In this document: one piece after another, positions 36,846 to 39,574 of the stretch
How the letters are laid out: every line of letters starts with the position of its first letter
Numbering within the stretch: position 1 is the stretch's first letter
From: Oscillospiraceae bacterium
Lineage (GTDB): Bacteria > Bacillota > Clostridia > Oscillospirales > Acutalibacteraceae
Direction of reading: 5' to 3'
DNA: 39,574 nt
Assembly: GCA_022508865.1 (NCBI GenBank)
Contig: JAFLUK010000002.1
Span: 1 to 39,574, forward strand
Made by a program: the position numbers and the translations under genes
Notes under the pieces: generated by a model
Told to the model about the DNA's origin: nothing
Database searches by the model: none
Seen by the model: only the letters and a program-made list of their open reading frames with translations

Positions 36846-37436
36846 ATGAAGCCTTTGACAAAAAGTCAGCAAAAAGTTTATAGTTGTATCAAGGAATGTT
36901 GCGAAGAAGGTCGGGTTCCCTCTGTTCGTGAGATTTGCAAGTTAACAGGGTTGAAGTCCACTTCCACTGTTCATTTGCATCTGAAAACCTTGGAGGAAAA
37001 AGGTCTTATTCAGCGTGATAAAGGGTTGAACAGATGTATTCGAATGGTAGGGGAAGAAAGAACAAGTCAAATACCTGTTCTTGGCAGGGTTACTGCAGGT
37101 ATGCCTGTGCTTGCTGTTGAAGATATTGAAGGGTATGTTCCTGTTCGTGAGAGTTTTCGTCGTGGACGAGAACTGTTTGCTTTGCGTATTGATGGCGAGT
37201 CAATGATAAATGCAGGAATTATGGATGGTGACATTGTTATTGTACACCGCACCCCTGTTGCAAATAACGGCGATATTGTAATTGCCCTTATAGAGGATGA
37301 AGCCACCTGTAAAAGATTTTACAAGGAAAACGGTCACTATCGCTTGCAGCCGGAAAATGACTTGTTTGAGCCAATTATTGTTGATGAAGTTGTTTTGCTG
37401 GGTACGGTAGTAAGCTTGATAAGAAATTACGAATAA
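36846..37436 (+). CDS. lexA: SOS repressor LexA
   Basis: PSVREI..STSTVH HTH, VTAG cleavage site, GESM serine, ATCK lysine, LQPEN. Confidence 0.97.
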   Translation: MKPLTKSQQKVYSCIKECCEEGRVPSVREICKLTGLKSTSTVHLHLKTLEEKGLIQRDKGLNRCIRMVGEERTSQIPVLGRVTAGMPVLAVEDIEGYVPVRESFRRGRELFALRIDGESMINAGIMDGDIVIVHRTPVANNGDIVIALIEDEATCKRFYKENGHYRLQPENDLFEPIIVDEVVLLGTVVSLIRNYE

Positions 37437-37574
37437 TGCCGCAAAACAAAGAAAAGATTGTGAAGTTGTAAATATACAGTTTTTTAATGTTACAATTAAT
37501 TTTAGCAGTACAAGGTCTGTATTGTGTAATAAAAAGATTATATAAATTTCTATCTTTATATAGCTTAAAGTATA

Positions 37575-37603
37575 TTGACAAAGGAATTTTTAAGTAGTAT
37601 ATT
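37575..37603 (+). promoter_or_regulatory. sigma-A promoter
   Basis: TTGACA-17 bp-TATATT. Confidence 0.7.
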
Positions 37604-37632
37604 GTTCTTATAAAGTAACGGAGGTATTTTCT

Positions 37633-38778
37633 ATGAAAAAATTAATCAGTTTAATTATGACAGTCGTTATGGCTTGCTCTGTGTTTGTAGCGTTTGATGT
37701 TACAGCTTCAGCTGCTTCCCAGAGCATTACACTGAAAAGTGTTACAAACACTGCAAAGGCTATAACAGTAAAATGGTCAAAAACATCAGGGGCAACAAAG
37801 TATATTGTTCAGAAAAAGGCTTCTAATCAAAAGAATTATAAAAATATTAAAACAGTAGGCAGCTCCAAATGTTCCTACAGTGACAAAGCTGTTAAGGCAG
37901 GTAAATCCTATTCATATAAGGTTGTTGCAGTAAAGGGTACCAGCCAGTATGTGTCAAAGGCAAAGGCTGTTACAAGACTGCTTGCACCAAAGAGCCTTAC
38001 TATTAAAGCAGATACAAATTATGGCGGTGTAATCATCAAGTGGAAAAAGGCAAAGGGTGCAAAAAAATACACCGTATACAGAAAGACAACCGGTAAATAT
38101 AAGAAGATTGATACTGCAGACGCAAATGGATACTATGACTACAGTGCAAAATCAGGCGCTGTAAACTACTACAAAGTTGTTGCAGTAAACGGCAGCTCAA
38201 AGAGCGTTTACAGTAAGGCTGTTAAAATTACATATATTGAATCGACTTATATTGAAGGCTTTGCAACAAAGGACGGAGTAAAGCTTGAATGGATGAAGAG
38301 TAAGGGTGCACAGGGATACAAGATTTATAAAACAACAGGCTTAAAGTCCTACACATTACTTAAAACACTTTCTTCAAAATACACAAGCTATGTTGACAAG
38401 GATGTTAAAGAGGGAACAACATACAAGTACTATATTGTTGCATATAAAGGTTCTGTTGTTTCTGCAAAGGCAACAACAAGCGTTAAGTATGAACCAATGC
38501 TTACAATAGATGTTAAGGTTGGAGAAAGCAATACAAAATTTAAGGATTTTCTTGATACTAACAGAGAGATAATGGGTGAAGCTGCAGAACTTTTTGACTA
38601 TATAACATTTACCTATGAGCCTGTTAATCCGGAAATTGCTACTATTGACAAGGAAGGTACAGTTACCGGTGTATCTGTTGGTACAACAAAGATAGCGGTG
38701 TTTACTTCTATAAAAATACCGGGATTGGGTTCAGAAAGTGAAGAAATGGGCTACTTCCTTGTAAATGTAACAGAATAA
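37633..38778 (+). CDS. Secreted protein with three FN3 repeats and a C-terminal bacterial Ig-like (Big_2-like) domain
   Basis: Signal peptide ending ASA; three W.K..GA..Y...K...Y.D....G..Y.Y.(V/I)VA repeats; NPEIATIDKEGTVTGVSVGTTKI. Confidence 0.85.
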   Translation: MKKLISLIMTVVMACSVFVAFDVTASAASQSITLKSVTNTAKAITVKWSKTSGATKYIVQKKASNQKNYKNIKTVGSSKCSYSDKAVKAGKSYSYKVVAVKGTSQYVSKAKAVTRLLAPKSLTIKADTNYGGVIIKWKKAKGAKKYTVYRKTTGKYKKIDTADANGYYDYSAKSGAVNYYKVVAVNGSSKSVYSKAVKITYIESTYIEGFATKDGVKLEWMKSKGAQGYKIYKTTGLKSYTLLKTLSSKYTSYVDKDVKEGTTYKYYIVAYKGSVVSAKATTSVKYEPMLTIDVKVGESNTKFKDFLDTNREIMGEAAELFDYITFTYEPVNPEIATIDKEGTVTGVSVGTTKIAVFTSIKIPGLGSESEEMGYFLVNVTE

Positions 38779-38801
38779 TTTTATAGTTACTAATATTATT
38801 T

Positions 38802-38828
38802 AAGGGCTGTTGTGATACAGCCCTTTTT
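38802..38828 (+). terminator. Intrinsic terminator
   Basis: AAGGGCTGT/ACAGCCCTT stem plus T run. Confidence 0.8.
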
Positions 38829-38854
38829 ACCTTTTATACCAAGGGAGATTAAAT

Positions 38855-39574
38855 ATGTATACAAATATATTTGACGGTCACTGTCATTATGATGATGACT
38901 GGTTTGATGAGGATAGAGAAGCTGTTTTGCGGGATTTACCCAATAAGGGTGTTGGTGGAATTGTGTGGAATGGCACAGATTTGGAGAATATAAATCAGGT
39001 TCTGAATGGATGCAGGAAATATGACTACATCTACGGAACTGTGGGTGTTCACCCCGAATGTCTTGAAAATTTGCCGCCTGACTACCTTAACCAAATTGAA
39101 AAAATAGCTAAGGAAGAAAAAATAGTTGCAATCGGAGAAATAGGCCTTGACTATCATTGGGACATCCCAAAGGACAGACAAATGCAGGTGGTGGGAGAAC
39201 AGCTTTCTCTTGCAAATCAGCTTGATATGCCTGTTGTATTCCACGACAGAGAGGCCCATATGGACACTATGAATTTGCTTAAAGAGTTTAAGCCAAAGGG
39301 TCTTTTGCACTGCTACAGCGGCAGTGTGGAAATGCTGAAGGAGGTGCTTTCTTTGGGAATGTACATATCCCTTGGAGGGGTGGTTACCTTTAAAAACGCA
39401 AGGGTGCCTGTTGAAGTAGCAAAGGCAGTTCCTCTTGACAGGCTTATACTGGAAACAGATGCCCCGTATATGGCTCCTGTACCATACAGAGGTAAAAGAA
39501 ATGACAGCAGTTTAATTTCCTATGTGGCGGAAAAAATAGGAGAGCTCAACGGCCTGAGCGGGGAAGAGATCGCC
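38855..39574 (+). CDS. tatD: TatD-family nuclease, 3' end outside window (absent from ORF track)
   Basis: Translated by eye from ATG 38855 (AGGGAG RBS): DGHCH, GVHPE, AIGEIGLDYH, HDREA, HCYSG, LETDAPY. Confidence 0.95.
   Translation, partial: MYTNIFDGHCHYDDDWFDEDREAVLRDLPNKGVGGIVWNGTDLENINQVLNGCRKYDYIYGTVGVHPECLENLPPDYLNQIEKIAKEEKIVAIGEIGLDYHWDIPKDRQMQVVGEQLSLANQLDMPVVFHDREAHMDTMNLLKEFKPKGLLHCYSGSVEMLKEVLSLGMYISLGGVVTFKNARVPVEVAKAVPLDRLILETDAPYMAPVPYRGKRNDSSLISYVAEKIGELNGLSGEEIA

Noticed and set aside
38936-39310. 124-aa minus ORF
   Set aside because: Shadow of tatD, which the ORF track missed because it runs off the window
19350-39574. ogt, nth, lexA and tatD as a DNA-repair island
   Set aside because: Dispersed among unrelated housekeeping genes with separate promoters and no shared operator seen

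Overview
Core-chromosome segment of a low-GC Firmicute. The gene set and sigma-A promoter and RBS style fit Clostridia; Oscillospirales is an inference. It carries housekeeping genes: fba (5' truncated), a Na/Pi cotransporter, a GH13 hydrolase, fused purL, two ABC systems around a FliB-like gene, alr, ogt, an Sfp-type PPTase, the rimP-nusA-ylxR-ylxQ-infB-rbfA-DHH-truB operon, a HAD hydrolase, nth, prmA, mrp, lexA and tatD (3' truncated). It also carries two secreted fibronectin-III repeat proteins. No transposase, phage gene, tRNA/rRNA or CRISPR array was seen. The best novel candidate lies in the ~550-bp gap before lexA: an unannotated ~160-nt minus-strand structured RNA. It has a three-way junction, several C-rich anti-Shine-Dalgarno motifs and a G-U-oriented terminator. 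Its putative promoter has five 11-bp-phased PhoB/OmpR-type boxes in place of the -35, and it sits just upstream of a 63-aa single-TM protein gene whose RBS it could pair with. Other notable items are a pair of divergently oriented paralogous membrane proteins of unknown family, a C39-like peptidase on ten FN3 repeats, and a nested-palindrome MITE-like element. All calls come from reading the sequence; no searches were run.
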